DNA of 51,287 bases, taken from the NCBI GenBank assembly GCA_947260035.1, contig CAMYOO010000040.1, forward strand, positions 1-51,287, written 5' to 3'. Under the pieces are notes generated by a model. It saw only the letters and a program-made list of their open reading frames with translations. It did no database searches and was not told the origin of the DNA. The DNA is from an uncultured delta proteobacterium (lineage in GTDB: Bacteria > Myxococcota_A > UBA9160 > JAFDET01). Below are positions 30,128 through 39,900 of this stretch, piece by piece (position 1 is the stretch's first letter; every line of letters begins with the position of its first letter). The position numbers and the translations under genes were made by a program.

Positions 30128-31538
30128 CTAGGGCCGGATGCCCGTGTGCCGCGCGGGCTCCGGCGCCTGGGCTTCGCGTCCCTCGGACAGAGCCAGCCCG
30201 GCCAGCAGTGCGTTGCGCAGCTCGCGCGGGTCGATGACCTCGTCGTAGGCCATGCTCTCGGCGCTGGACCAGGGGCCGCCGGCCTGGTCGCCTTCGAGCT
30301 GAGCCTGGTCCAGGTCGCCCAGCTTCGCCGCCGCGCCGCCGCTGGCCGCCGGCAGCGCGCCCAGCGTGGCCGTGGGAAACGCCAGCGTCAGGGTCTGGGC
30401 GTCGAAGGGATTCATCGCCATCAGCGAGCTGCCGAAGCCGAAGGCTTTGCGCAGGGTCACGTGCAGCTTGGGCGAGCGCACGCGCGCCTGGGCTGCGTAC
30501 ATGCGCGCCGCGGCGCGCAGGGTTCCCGCGCGCTCGGCGCGGCTGCCGGCCATGATGCCCGGGTTGTCGGCCAGGAAGACCACCGGCAGGTGGAACGCGT
30601 CGGCCAGCTCCAGGAAGTGGGCCGCCTTCTCCGCGGCCGGCACGTCGATGGCACCCGCGCGCACTGCGGGCTGGTTGGCGACGATCGCAACCGGGCGCCC
30701 GCCCAGCCGGGCCAGCAGCGTGAGCAGCGAGGCGCCGTAGCCCGGCTGGAGCTCGAGGGCGCGCCCCTCATCCGCCAGCAGCTCCACCACTGCACGCACA
30801 TCGTAGGGCCGCGCGTCCGCCGTGGGCACCACGTCCAGGATCGCGTCCAGGCTGCGCCGGCCGCTGTCTGCGCCTTCGGCCCGCGGCGGGCGCGCCCAGG
30901 CGCTGCCGGGCAGGAACGAGAGGTAGCCGCGCGCCAGCGCGAATGCTTCGTCCTCGTCCTGCGCCAGGTTGTGGGCCACACCGCTCTCGGTGGTCTGCAT
31001 CTCGGCACCGCCCAGCTCCTGAGCCGTAACCGTCTCTCCCAATGCGGCCGCCACCAGGGGCGGACCGGCGGAGAAGAGGGCCGCACCGCGCACCATCACC
31101 ACGAAGTCAGCCAGCAGTGCACACAGCGCGCCGTGGCCCGCCGACGGACCCAGCACGAGAGCCACCAGCGGCACGCGCCCCGAGAGCCGCGCCAGCATCT
31201 GCAGATCGTTGGGCGCGCGCGGCCAGGCGCACGCGCTTGGCATGGTTTCCAACTCCGATGGAGCCGCCTTTGACGCTGAAGTCCTCGGCGTAGACCACGA
31301 CGGGACGCCCGCCGATGGCAGCGATGCCTCCTACCAGGGCGTCGGCGGGGACCGGTGCGCCCACCAGCGTGCCCAACTCGCGGAAGCTGCCGGGATCGCA
31401 GAGCCGCGCGATGCGCTCGCGCGCATCGAGCCTTCCCGCGGCGCGGCGTTTCGCCAGCTTTTCCTCGCCGCCCATGGCGCGGGCCGCGGCCCGGCGAGCC
31501 TCGAGGTCACGCAGTCGCTGCTCCCAGTCATCGGCCAT
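30128..31538 (-). pseudogene. Acyl-CoA carboxylase carboxyltransferase (PccB/AccD5-like), frameshifted with an apparent internal deletion
   Basis: ORF 31107..31571 carries the N-terminal CT sequence (GRLDARERIARLCDPGSFRELG...VKGGSIGVGNHAKRVRLA). ORF 30128..31252, in another frame, carries the remainder (LSGRVPLVALVLGPSAGHGAL...FLADNPGIMAGSRAE...). The junction is near 31205-31225. Confidence 0.8.
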
Positions 31539-31636
31539 GCCCGGCGAGGCTAGGTGGCTTCGCCGGTGCACGCCAAGAGGCGTACGCTACAAGTGCGGGG
31601 CGCCGTTCTGCGTCGAGCGCGCGCCGTCTCGGGGGG

Positions 31637-32500
31637 ATGAGCATGCTTCGATTCGCGGCCTTCTTTGCGCTGGTCCTGGGCCTGACGGTCGCGGGGCCGA
31701 TCCGGGCCGACGAACCGCAAACGGACATCGACGAGGTTGCTCGGCAGCTCAACAATCCGGTGGGCAACGTCTGGAACCTGGTGGTCCAGAACAACTTCTC
31801 GCTCAACAAGGGCGACATCTCGGACTCCCAGCGCGGCAAGTGGGTGACCACCCTCCAGCCCGTGATGCCGGTACCGCTCACCGAGGAGTGGAACTGGATC
31901 AACAGGCCCGTGATCCCCATTGTGGACGCGCCGATCCCCCAGCTCGATGGCAGCTTCGACCGCGAGACCGGGCTCGGAGACATCGCCTACATGGGTCTGC
32001 TGACCCCTGCTCAACCCAAGGGATTCCTGTGGGGCGTCGGACCGACTCTGCTTTTCCCCAGTGCCACGCCCGACGAGCTGGGCACCGAGAAGTGGTCCGC
32101 GGGTCCCGCCGCGGTGGGCCTTCTACTGAACAAGAAGTTCATGCTCGGCGCGCTAGCGCAGCAGTGGTTCTCTTACGCCGGGGACGACGACCGCGACGAC
32201 GTGAACCTGCTCAACCTGCAGTACTTCTTCTGGTGGTTCCTGCCCAACCAGTGGCAGGTGGGCATGGGCTCGCCGACGATCGTGGCCAACTTCGAGGCCA
32301 ACGGCGGCGACGTCTGGACTGTTCCCGTCGGCCTGGGCGTGGGCAAGACCTTCAAGATCGGGCAGATGCCCTTCCAGATCAGCTTCGAAGCCTCCTACGC
32401 GGTGGTCCACCCGAACACCTTCGGGCAGCGCTGGAACTTCCGGCTGCAGCTCAAGCCGGTGATCCCCGCCCTGGTGAAGCAGCCGATCTTCTCGCGCTGA
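31637..32500 (+). CDS. Secreted beta-barrel-like outer-membrane protein, paralogue of 1097..2110
   Basis: Start at the internal ATG 31637 (MSMLRFAAFFALVLGLTVAGPIRA). Collinear similarity to 1097..2110 throughout (NNPVGNVWNLVVQNN, GLGDIAYMG, KWSAGPAAVGL, DDVNLLNLQYF, WTVPVGLGVGKTFKIG, RWNFRLQLKPVIP). Confidence 0.7.
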   Translation: MSMLRFAAFFALVLGLTVAGPIRADEPQTDIDEVARQLNNPVGNVWNLVVQNNFSLNKGDISDSQRGKWVTTLQPVMPVPLTEEWNWINRPVIPIVDAPIPQLDGSFDRETGLGDIAYMGLLTPAQPKGFLWGVGPTLLFPSATPDELGTEKWSAGPAAVGLLLNKKFMLGALAQQWFSYAGDDDRDDVNLLNLQYFFWWFLPNQWQVGMGSPTIVANFEANGGDVWTVPVGLGVGKTFKIGQMPFQISFEASYAVVHPNTFGQRWNFRLQLKPVIPALVKQPIFSR

Positions 32501-32507
32501 GCGAAGC

Positions 32508-32924
32508 CTACGCGCGCGCGGAAAGGCGGTCGTGCAGCCACATGCCTGTCAGCATGGCGGCGACGAACACGAAGACCTGGGGAACCCCTTGGAGCACGCC
32601 CGCCAGCGCGGGCCCGGGGCAGAAGCCGCCCAGGCCCCAGCCCACGCCGAAAAGGGCCGCGCCGGCTACGAGCTTCGCGTCCAGGTCGGTGCGATCCGGG
32701 AGCATGAAGGCCGCTGCCAGCAGCGGGGCGCCGCGGCGGCGCGCCACGCGGTAACCCAGGGCCGACGTCACCAGGGCCGTGCCCATCACGAACGCCAGGC
32801 TCGGATCCCAGCTCCCGAGCACGTCCAGGAAGTTCTGCACCTTGGCCGGATTCGTCATGTCCGCCAGCGCCAGGCCGGCGCCGAACACCACCCCGGCAGC
32901 CAGCGCCACCCACGAAGTCCTCAT
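32508..32924 (-). CDS. YeeE/YedE-type sulfur-transport membrane protein, second half-size subunit
   Basis: Start at the internal ATG 32924 ([34 protein letters not shown]...). Contains [16 protein letters not shown] overlap with 32921..33352. Confidence 0.8.
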   Translation of the reverse strand: MRTSWVALAAGVVFGAGLALADMTNPAKVQNFLDVLGSWDPSLAFVMGTALVTSALGYRVARRRGAPLLAAAFMLPDRTDLDAKLVAGAALFGVGWGLGGFCPGPALAGVLQGVPQVFVFVAAMLTGMWLHDRLSARA

Positions 32925-33352
32925 CCCGCACCTCCGAGCAGGTGGCGCACCACGAACACGGTGAGGGCTCCCGTGAGCATGAACACCGCCGTGGCCACGA
33001 TGGAGCGCTGCGAGCCGCGTCCGATTCCGCACACCCCGTGGCCGCTGGTGCAGCCGCCGCCCAGGCGCGTCCCGAACCCGACCAGCAGTCCGGCTCCGAT
33101 CAGCACCGGCAGCGGGGTCGAGACCTGGATCTCCAGGCCACCGCGCAGCGCTCCGACCGCGAGCGCACCGAGCGGGAGGCCCAGCAGGAACAGGAGCCGC
33201 CAGGTCCGATCGTCGCAGCGGCGCGCCAGCGCGCCGCCGAGGATCCCGCTGATGCCCGCGATGCGCCCGTTGACCAGGAGCAACAACACGGCGGCGCACC
33301 CGATCAGCAGGCCACCCAGGATCGCGGTGAAGGGCGTGAACGGCGTGGGCAT
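32921..33352 (-). CDS. YeeE/YedE-type sulfur-transport membrane protein, first half-size subunit
   Basis: 143 aa. [20 protein letters not shown] is the conserved YeeE/YedE Cys motif. Confidence 0.85.
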   Translation of the reverse strand: MPTPFTPFTAILGGLLIGCAAVLLLLVNGRIAGISGILGGALARRCDDRTWRLLFLLGLPLGALAVGALRGGLEIQVSTPLPVLIGAGLLVGFGTRLGGGCTSGHGVCGIGRGSQRSIVATAVFMLTGALTVFVVRHLLGGAG

Positions 33353-33362
33353 GCGCGATCAG

Positions 33363-33466
33363 GCTAGCACCCGACGCCGAAGCCGAGCGCTAGCACCCGG
33401 CGCCGAAGCCGAGCGCCAGCACCCGGCGCCGAAGCCGAGCGCTAGCATCCGGCCCCGGAGGTCCCC
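33363..33466. repeat. 26-nt tandem repeat, three good copies plus one degenerate copy
   Basis: GCTAGCACCCGACGCCGAAGCCGAGC (33363-33388), GCTAGCACCCGGCGCCGAAGCCGAGC (33389-33414) and GCCAGCACCCGGCGCCGAAGCCGAGC (33415-33440), then the degenerate GCTAGCATCCGGCCCCGGAGGTCCCC (33441-33466). The repeat runs directly into the ATG at 33467. Confidence 0.9.
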
Positions 33467-35152
33467 ATGGCAGACAAGAACCGGATCCTCATCGTCGGCG
33501 GAGTGGCCGGCGGCGCGTCGTGCGCCGCGCGCGCGCGCCGCCTGTGCGAACACTGCGAGATCGTCATGTTCGATCGCGGGCCCTTCGTGTCCTTCGCCAA
33601 CTGCGGCCTGCCCTACCACGTAGGCGACGTGATCGAGGAGGAGGCCAAGCTCCTGATCGCTACGCCCAAGCTCTTCCGCGAGCGCTTCGACATCGACGTG
33701 CACACGGAGACCGAGGTCACGGCGATTCATCGCGAGGCAAGGCAGATCGAGGTCCGCGACCTGCGCAACGGCGAAGTCCGGCGCGAGTCCTACGATGCCC
33801 TCGTGCTCTCCCCGGGCGCCGGGGCCATCCGCCCTCCCCTGCCCGGCATCGACCTTCCGGGGATCCACGTGGTGCGCACCATTCCCGACACCCGACGCAT
33901 CCGCGAGGCGCTGACCGGCGCCTCCCGCGCGCTGGTGGTGGGCGGCGGCTTCATCGGCCTGGAGATGGCGGAGAACCTGGCGCACCGCGGGCTGGAGGTG
34001 ACCCTGGTGGAGCTGGCACCCCAGGTGATGCCGCCCTTGGACCCGGAGATGGCCGCCTACGTTGCGGATCATCTGGTGAACCATGGGGTCCGCCTGCAGC
34101 TGGGCGCCGGCGTGGAGGGATTCGAGGCCCGCGACGGTGGTGGGCTCCAGGTTCGCGTGAGCAACGGCGAGCGCATCGACGCCGACCTGGTGATCCTGGC
34201 CATCGGCGTGCGCCCGGAGACGGCCCTGGCGCAGCAGGCGGGGCTCGACCTGGGCGAGGCCGGCGGCATCCGCGTGGACGATCACATGCGCACCAACGAC
34301 CCGCGCATCTGGGCGGTGGGCGACGCCATCGAGGTGCGCGACATCGTCACCGGCGCCGAGCGGCCGCTGGCCCTGGCAGGCCCGGCCAACCGCCAGGGGC
34401 GCGTCGCCGCCGCGTCCATCCACCACGCCCTGGGCTCCGAGCCGCCGGGCGCACGGCGCGAAGCCATCCGCTTCCGAGGCGTGCAGGGCACCGCCGTCTG
34501 CGGCGTGTTCGAGCTGACCGTGGCCATGACCGGCGCCAGCGAACGGACGCTGACGCGAGCCGGGATCAGCTACGAGCGCGTGTACCTCCACCCGGGCAAC
34601 CACGTGGGGTACTACCCCGGGTCGAAGCCGATCCACATGAAGCTGCTCTTCGCGCCCGACGACGGTCGCATCCTGGGAGCCCAGGCGGTGGGCGAAGCTG
34701 ATGTGGCGCGCCGCATCGACGTGATCGCCATGGCGCTGCAGATGGGCGGCACCGTCTTCGACCTGGAGGAATCCGAGCTCTGCTATGCGCCCCAGTACGG
34801 GGCGGCCAAGGACCCGGTGAACCTGGCAGGCATGATCGCAGCCAACCACGTGCGCGGCGATCTGTCGTTGGCCGACTGGAACGCGCTCAGCGAGGGCGAT
34901 GCCCTGATCGTGGACGTGCGCACGCCGGCCGAGTTCGCGCGCGGCCACATTCCCGGTGCGAGCAACGTTCCGCTGGAAGAGCTGCGCGGTCGACTGGACG
35001 AGCTTCCCAAGGAGCGACCCGTCTGGCTGGTCTGCGCCGTCGGCCAGCGTGCCTACTACGCCAACCGCGCCCTGCTTCAGCACGGCTTCGACGTACGCAT
35101 CCTCTCGGGAGGCATGCAGACGTACGCCACGTTCGCCCGGGAGACCGACTAG
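33467..35152 (+). CDS. CoA-disulfide/persulfide reductase-type FAD oxidoreductase fused to a C-terminal rhodanese domain
   Basis: 561 aa. ILIVGGVAGGASCAARARR (FAD), the redox Cys in VSFANCGLPYHVG, a second dinucleotide fold ALVVGGGFIGLEMAE, and the rhodanese loop VWLVCAVGQRAYYA (C-x5-R context). Confidence 0.92.
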   Translation: MADKNRILIVGGVAGGASCAARARRLCEHCEIVMFDRGPFVSFANCGLPYHVGDVIEEEAKLLIATPKLFRERFDIDVHTETEVTAIHREARQIEVRDLRNGEVRRESYDALVLSPGAGAIRPPLPGIDLPGIHVVRTIPDTRRIREALTGASRALVVGGGFIGLEMAENLAHRGLEVTLVELAPQVMPPLDPEMAAYVADHLVNHGVRLQLGAGVEGFEARDGGGLQVRVSNGERIDADLVILAIGVRPETALAQQAGLDLGEAGGIRVDDHMRTNDPRIWAVGDAIEVRDIVTGAERPLALAGPANRQGRVAAASIHHALGSEPPGARREAIRFRGVQGTAVCGVFELTVAMTGASERTLTRAGISYERVYLHPGNHVGYYPGSKPIHMKLLFAPDDGRILGAQAVGEADVARRIDVIAMALQMGGTVFDLEESELCYAPQYGAAKDPVNLAGMIAANHVRGDLSLADWNALSEGDALIVDVRTPAEFARGHIPGASNVPLEELRGRLDELPKERPVWLVCAVGQRAYYANRALLQHGFDVRILSGGMQTYATFARETD

Positions 35153-35181
35153 GACGTCGAGCCGAGAAGCCGGGACCGGGC

Positions 35182-35257
35182 TGGTGAGCGCGCGGGGAAT
35201 CGAACCCCGAACCTAGGGATTAAGAGTCCCTTGCTCTGCCAATTGAGCTACGCGCCC
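35182..35257 (-). tRNA. tRNA-Lys (anticodon CTT), CCA encoded
   Basis: Hand fold: GGGCGCG TA GCTC AATTGGCA GAGC A AGGGA CTCTTAA TCCCT AGGTT CGGGG TTCGATT CCCCG CGCGCTC A CCA. There is one G-U pair in the acceptor stem. Confidence 0.95.
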
Positions 35258-35427
35258 GGACGGAATCTAGACCGCTTGCGGGCCAGCGCAACCCCGCGGC
35301 ATACCGAAGCTTTGTAGTTCCCGGGGGCAACGCGGGGGACGGCGTTGCGAGGGCCATCCGTCAGAGCTACCGAGGCACGGGTCGCCGGGCCGTGGAGCCG
35401 CAGGCGATCGCGAACCGAGGAGAACCC

Positions 35428-35829
35428 ATGCGCCTGCTCGCCCCGCTGCTGACCTTCGCCCTGCTGCTCCCGGGCGGCGCAGCCCTGGCCAAGCCGGCCG
35501 AGCGGTCCATGGACGAACGCTTCGCGGAGGCCGACTGGAACGACGACGGCTTCATCGACCGCCGCGAGTACTACGAAGCGCTGGTCTACGCCTTCTTCCG
35601 GCTCGACGCCGAGAGCACCGGATACCTCACCCGCGCCCAGTTGAAGGACGTGACCCCGGAGGTCTTCCAGGCCGCCGACCGCAATGGCGACGGCAAGATC
35701 GACCTCAACGAGTACATCGACGCGCGCTGGGACGACTTCGACGCGGCGGACGAGAACGGGGATGGGCTGCTGACCCTGGACGAGGTCAGGCGCTTCGACG
35801 CGAAGCTGCGCCCCGGCGAGCGGGGCTGA
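35428..35829 (+). CDS. Secreted EF-hand calcium-binding protein
   Basis: Start at the internal ATG 35428, preceded by GAGGAGAA. Signal MRLLAPLLTFALLLPGGAALA. EF-hand loops DWNDDGFIDRRE, DRNGDGKIDLNE and DENGDGLLTLDE. Confidence 0.85.
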   Translation: MRLLAPLLTFALLLPGGAALAKPAERSMDERFAEADWNDDGFIDRREYYEALVYAFFRLDAESTGYLTRAQLKDVTPEVFQAADRNGDGKIDLNEYIDARWDDFDAADENGDGLLTLDEVRRFDAKLRPGERG

Positions 35830-35835
35830 CCCCGC

Positions 35836-36927
35836 TCACCAGCCGTCCAGCAGACCCCCGTCGTACCAGTCCCAGAGCAGGTAGATCCCGAAGCGGGTCG
35901 GGCGGCGGCCGGCGTCGGTCAGCGGGATGCGCACACCCAGGTCGAGCCGGATGTGCTGACGCCGATTGAGCGGGATCTGGACCTGGGGAACCAGGTCCCA
36001 CTGCTCGTCCACTCCCCCACCCACGAAGGCCCAGCTCCCGACCGCCTCGACCATGGGCGAGATCACCCGGCCGAAGGGCTTCAAAGTGAAGCTCGTGCCC
36101 AGCGCGCTGCGCAGCTGGAACTCGTCGGGAATGCCGCGGTCCGTCGGAAACTCGCCCAGGGCCTGGACCTGGAGGAAAGCGCCGCCGGGCAGGATCTGCC
36201 CCCAGGCCAGATAGGGCTCGAAGACCGTCGTCCCCTTCCCGAGACCCCGATCGTCGTCGCCCGTGGGGAGCTTCACCTCCGCGCCGAGGCTGGCGATCGT
36301 GCCCCAGTCCAGGCTGTGGAAGAAGGCGTGCTTGACGCCCAGGCCCAGATCGCCGACGCCCCCGTTCCACGAGCCACTCGAGTCCGGGCGCTCGCGGGCG
36401 ACGAAGGGCAGCGATAGCTCCACCTGGCTGCGGGGCCCGAAGCGCTTCTCGAAGAGCAGCTCGCTGACGACCTCGCCGCCGCGGTTCGTGTTGGCGAAGA
36501 CCGTGGCGACGGCCTCGTCTTCCGGAAAAGCCTTCTCGGTGACCAGCGGCCGCGGCAGGTTGAGCTCGCCCCGGGGCCAGCGCTCGTCGCGGCACAGGCT
36601 GCGCAGGTGAGCGAGCACCGCCGCGATCTCCGCAGCGGTCAAGGTCTCGGCGTGCGCCGGCATCAAGGGGCTGAAGCCGCGGCCGGGCCCGCCCAGATGG
36701 ATCACAGCGGCCCAGTCGCTGTCCGGCTCGCGCGCGGAGAAGGCGCAGTCGGTGAAGTCGGGCATCGGCATCTGGAAGGCCTGGGTTCCCGGACCCCCGC
36801 GTCCATCCTGCCCGTGGCACTGGGCACAGCGCGCCTCGAACAGCGCGGCGCCATCGGGCTCGGCGGCGGCTGGCGGTGCGGCCAGCAGCGCGATCAGCAA
36901 CCCCGAGCGAACCGCCCGCGCCCTCAT
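35836..36927 (-). CDS. Cytochrome c domain fused to a MetA-pathway/'transporter'-type beta-barrel domain
   Basis: 3' 364 codons of ORF 35836..40548, from ATG 36927. Signal [22 protein letters not shown] and heme motif CAQCHG. The barrel-like region has GGVGDLGLGVKHAFF and ends in an aromatic residue (...LLDGW). ATGA overlap with the oxoprolinase stop. Confidence 0.75.
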   Translation of the reverse strand: MRARAVRSGLLIALLAAPPAAAEPDGAALFEARCAQCHGQDGRGGPGTQAFQMPMPDFTDCAFSAREPDSDWAAVIHLGGPGRGFSPLMPAHAETLTAAEIAAVLAHLRSLCRDERWPRGELNLPRPLVTEKAFPEDEAVATVFANTNRGGEVVSELLFEKRFGPRSQVELSLPFVARERPDSSGSWNGGVGDLGLGVKHAFFHSLDWGTIASLGAEVKLPTGDDDRGLGKGTTVFEPYLAWGQILPGGAFLQVQALGEFPTDRGIPDEFQLRSALGTSFTLKPFGRVISPMVEAVGSWAFVGGGVDEQWDLVPQVQIPLNRRQHIRLDLGVRIPLTDAGRRPTRFGIYLLWDWYDGGLLDGW

Positions 36928-39900
36928 CCGACAGGCCTCCCGAAGCCGCCCCCTCCCGGGGTCTCGACCCGCAGCCGTTCGCCAGGCTGCATCTGCAGCG
37001 TTGCACGCCCGGGGAGCTCCTCGACCCGGCCGTCGGCGTGCACGACCGCGTTGCGACCCCGAGCGCCCGCCGCGCCACCCGCGAGGCCCCAGGGCGAAAG
37101 CACCCGGCGCTCGCTCAGCAGCGAGACCGTGACCGGCTCCAGGAAGAGCCAGCGCCGCACCAGGCCCTCGCCACCGCACCAGCGCCCGGCCCCGCCCGAG
37201 CCGGCCCGCAGCGCGAACACCTCCAGCCGCACCGGGTAACGTTCTTCCAACACCTCGGCGTCGGTGATGCGCGTGTTGGTCATGTGGGTGTGCACTCCGG
37301 ATGCTCCCGCGAAGCCGTCGCCCGCGCCGGCGCCGCCGCCGATCGTCTCGTAGTAGCCGAAACGCTCGGTGCCGAACGCCACGTTGTTCATCGTGCCCTG
37401 GCTCGCGGCGACCCGGCCCAGGGCGCCCAACAGCACGTCCACGATGCGTTGAGACGTCTCCACGTTGCCGCCCACCACCGCCGCGCCGCGCGGCGGATCC
37501 AGCAGACTGCCGGACGGAACGCAGATCTCGACGGGCGCCAGACAGCCCCCATTGAGCGGGATGCGCTCGGCCACCAGGCTGCGCAGCACGTAGATCGCCG
37601 CCGCCTGCACCACCGCGCGCGGCGCGTTCAGGTTCCCCTCCACCGCGGCGCCGGTTCCGGCGAAGTCGATGCGCATGCGCTCGCCGCGCACACCCAGGCG
37701 CACGCAGACCGGCGTGCCGTCGTCCATGGCGTCCTCGAAGACGTGCTCTCCGTCGGGCAGGCGTGCGATCTCGCGCGCCACCTTGGCCGCAGCCGCGTCC
37801 TGAAGCTGACGCATGGTGGTCTCCACCGCGTCGAGCCCCCACTCGGCCACCGTCTCCAGAACCAGCGCCTCGCCGGCGCGGTTGGCGGCGACCATGGCCT
37901 CGAGGTCGGCCAGGTTGTCGTCGGGGCTGCGGGCGGGATGCGGGCCGCCTTCCAGCACGGCGCGGATCGCCGCCTCGTCCAGGCGCCCGCGACGCACCAG
38001 AAGCATGGGCCGGATCAACACGCCCTCCTCCTCCAGGCGCGTGGAGGTGGACGGCATGGAGCCCGGCGTAATCCCGCCCACGTCGGCGTGGTGGCCGCGA
38101 CTGGCGACGAAGAAGCGCGGCGCGGCGCCGGACGCCCCCACCACGAAAACCGGAGTCACCACCGTCACGTCGGGCAGGTGGGAGCCGCCGGCGAACGGAT
38201 CGTTGGTGACCACCACGTCCCCCTGCGCGAGGTCCGGAAAACGGGCCTGGACGGCGCGCACGGTTTCGCCCATGGCGCCCAGATGCACCGGGATGTGGGG
38301 TGCATTGGCGACCAGGCCGCCCTCGGCATCGAACACCGCACAGGAGTAGTCGAGCCGCTCCTTGATGTTGGTGGAGACCGAGGTATTGCGGAGCACCGCA
38401 CCCATCTGCTCGGCGATGGACATGAAGCGGCTTCCGAAGACCTCGAGCCGCACCGGGTCCGCCTCCTGCGCAGCAGGCGCCCCCTGCGTCGCAGCCGGCG
38501 CCCCCTGCATCGAAGCGGCGCGGCCGCCGACGTCGCTCAGCAGGAGTGCGCCGTTCGCGGCCACGCGTCCCTCGAAGCCGGCATCCAGGATCAGCGTCCC
38601 CGTGTCCTCGAGCACCACGGCCGGTCCGGAGAGCTCCGCGCCGGGGCCCAGCGCCTCGCGAGCGAAGACCGGCGCCACCACACGCCCCAGATCGGGAAAC
38701 CACACACTCTCGGTGCGCAGGGGCTGCGCCGGCTGGGCGCCTCCGGTCGCGCCGGGAAGCCGCGGCACCTCCGCCTGCTCCACCACGCGGACGCGGGCCG
38801 TGACGACCTCCAGCGGACGCTCGTCGCGCACGTATCCGAAGCGGGCGCGGTGCTCGGCGGCGAAGGCGTGGGCCCAGTCGCCGTGGGGCGGCTCGGCGAC
38901 CGCCAGGGCGGTCTCGGTTCCCGCATAGCGCAGATCGAGGCGACGCTCGACGCGCAGGGCGGCGGGATCGAGCCCCTCGGCTTCCAGCGCCGCACGGCCG
39001 CCGGCCTCGAGCTCCTCGAAGGCGGCGCGCAGCGCCTCGGGCAGGCCCTCCGCGGGCGCGGGGAGCAGCACGCGGCCCGCGTCGCGCTGCCCGTCCCAGC
39101 TCGCCTCCGCGATGCCGATGCCGTAGGCGGACAGCAGCCCCCCCAACGGGTGCAGCACCACGTGACGCATGCCCAGGCTGCGCGCCAACGCGCAGACGTG
39201 TTGGCCGCCGGCGCCGCCGAATCCGACCAGGGCGCACTCTCGCGGATCCACGCCGCGAGCGACCGACACCTCCTGGATGGCGCGAGCCATATGAGCGTTC
39301 GCCACCTCGACGAAGCCCGCAGCCACCTCGTCCGGCTCGCGGGCGTGCCCCGCCTCGGCCAGGGCGTCGCGCACCTGCTCGAGCCGCGCCGCCACGGCCT
39401 CCCGATCCAAGGGGAACGGAAAGCGGTCGGGCTGAAGACGCCCCAGGTAGAGGTTCACGTCGGTCACCGTCAGCTCGCGCGCCGCGAGCCGGCCATCGGC
39501 CGCGCGGATCCCGTAACAGAGCGGACCGGGATCGGCGCCGGCGCTCTCGGGACCCACGTTGAGGCGAAATCCGTCGAAGCGGCACAACGAGCCTCCACCC
39601 GAGGCCACGGTGTGGATGCGCAGCATGGGCGCCTTGACGCGCACGCCCGCGACCACGCTCTCGAACCCGCGCTCCACCTCTCCATCCAGGATCAGCGACA
39701 CGTCGGTGGACGTGCCGCCCATGTCGAAGCCGACGGCGCGGGGGAAGCCCGCCTCGGCCGCGACGTGGGCGGCCCCCACCACCCCGCCGGCGGGACCCGA
39801 CAGCAGCGCGGCGGGTCCGCGGAAGCGGGCCGCATCGGTGAGCCCCCCGGACGACTGCATGAAGCGCAAGCGCGAGCCGGGCAGCGCCGCCTCCAGCTCG

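Noticed and set aside
33363-33466. Possible CRISPR array (also considered for 44212-44380).
   Set aside because: The repeats are directly abutting with no unique spacers. There are only 3-4 copies, no cas genes are present in the window, and the second locus is inverted rather than direct.
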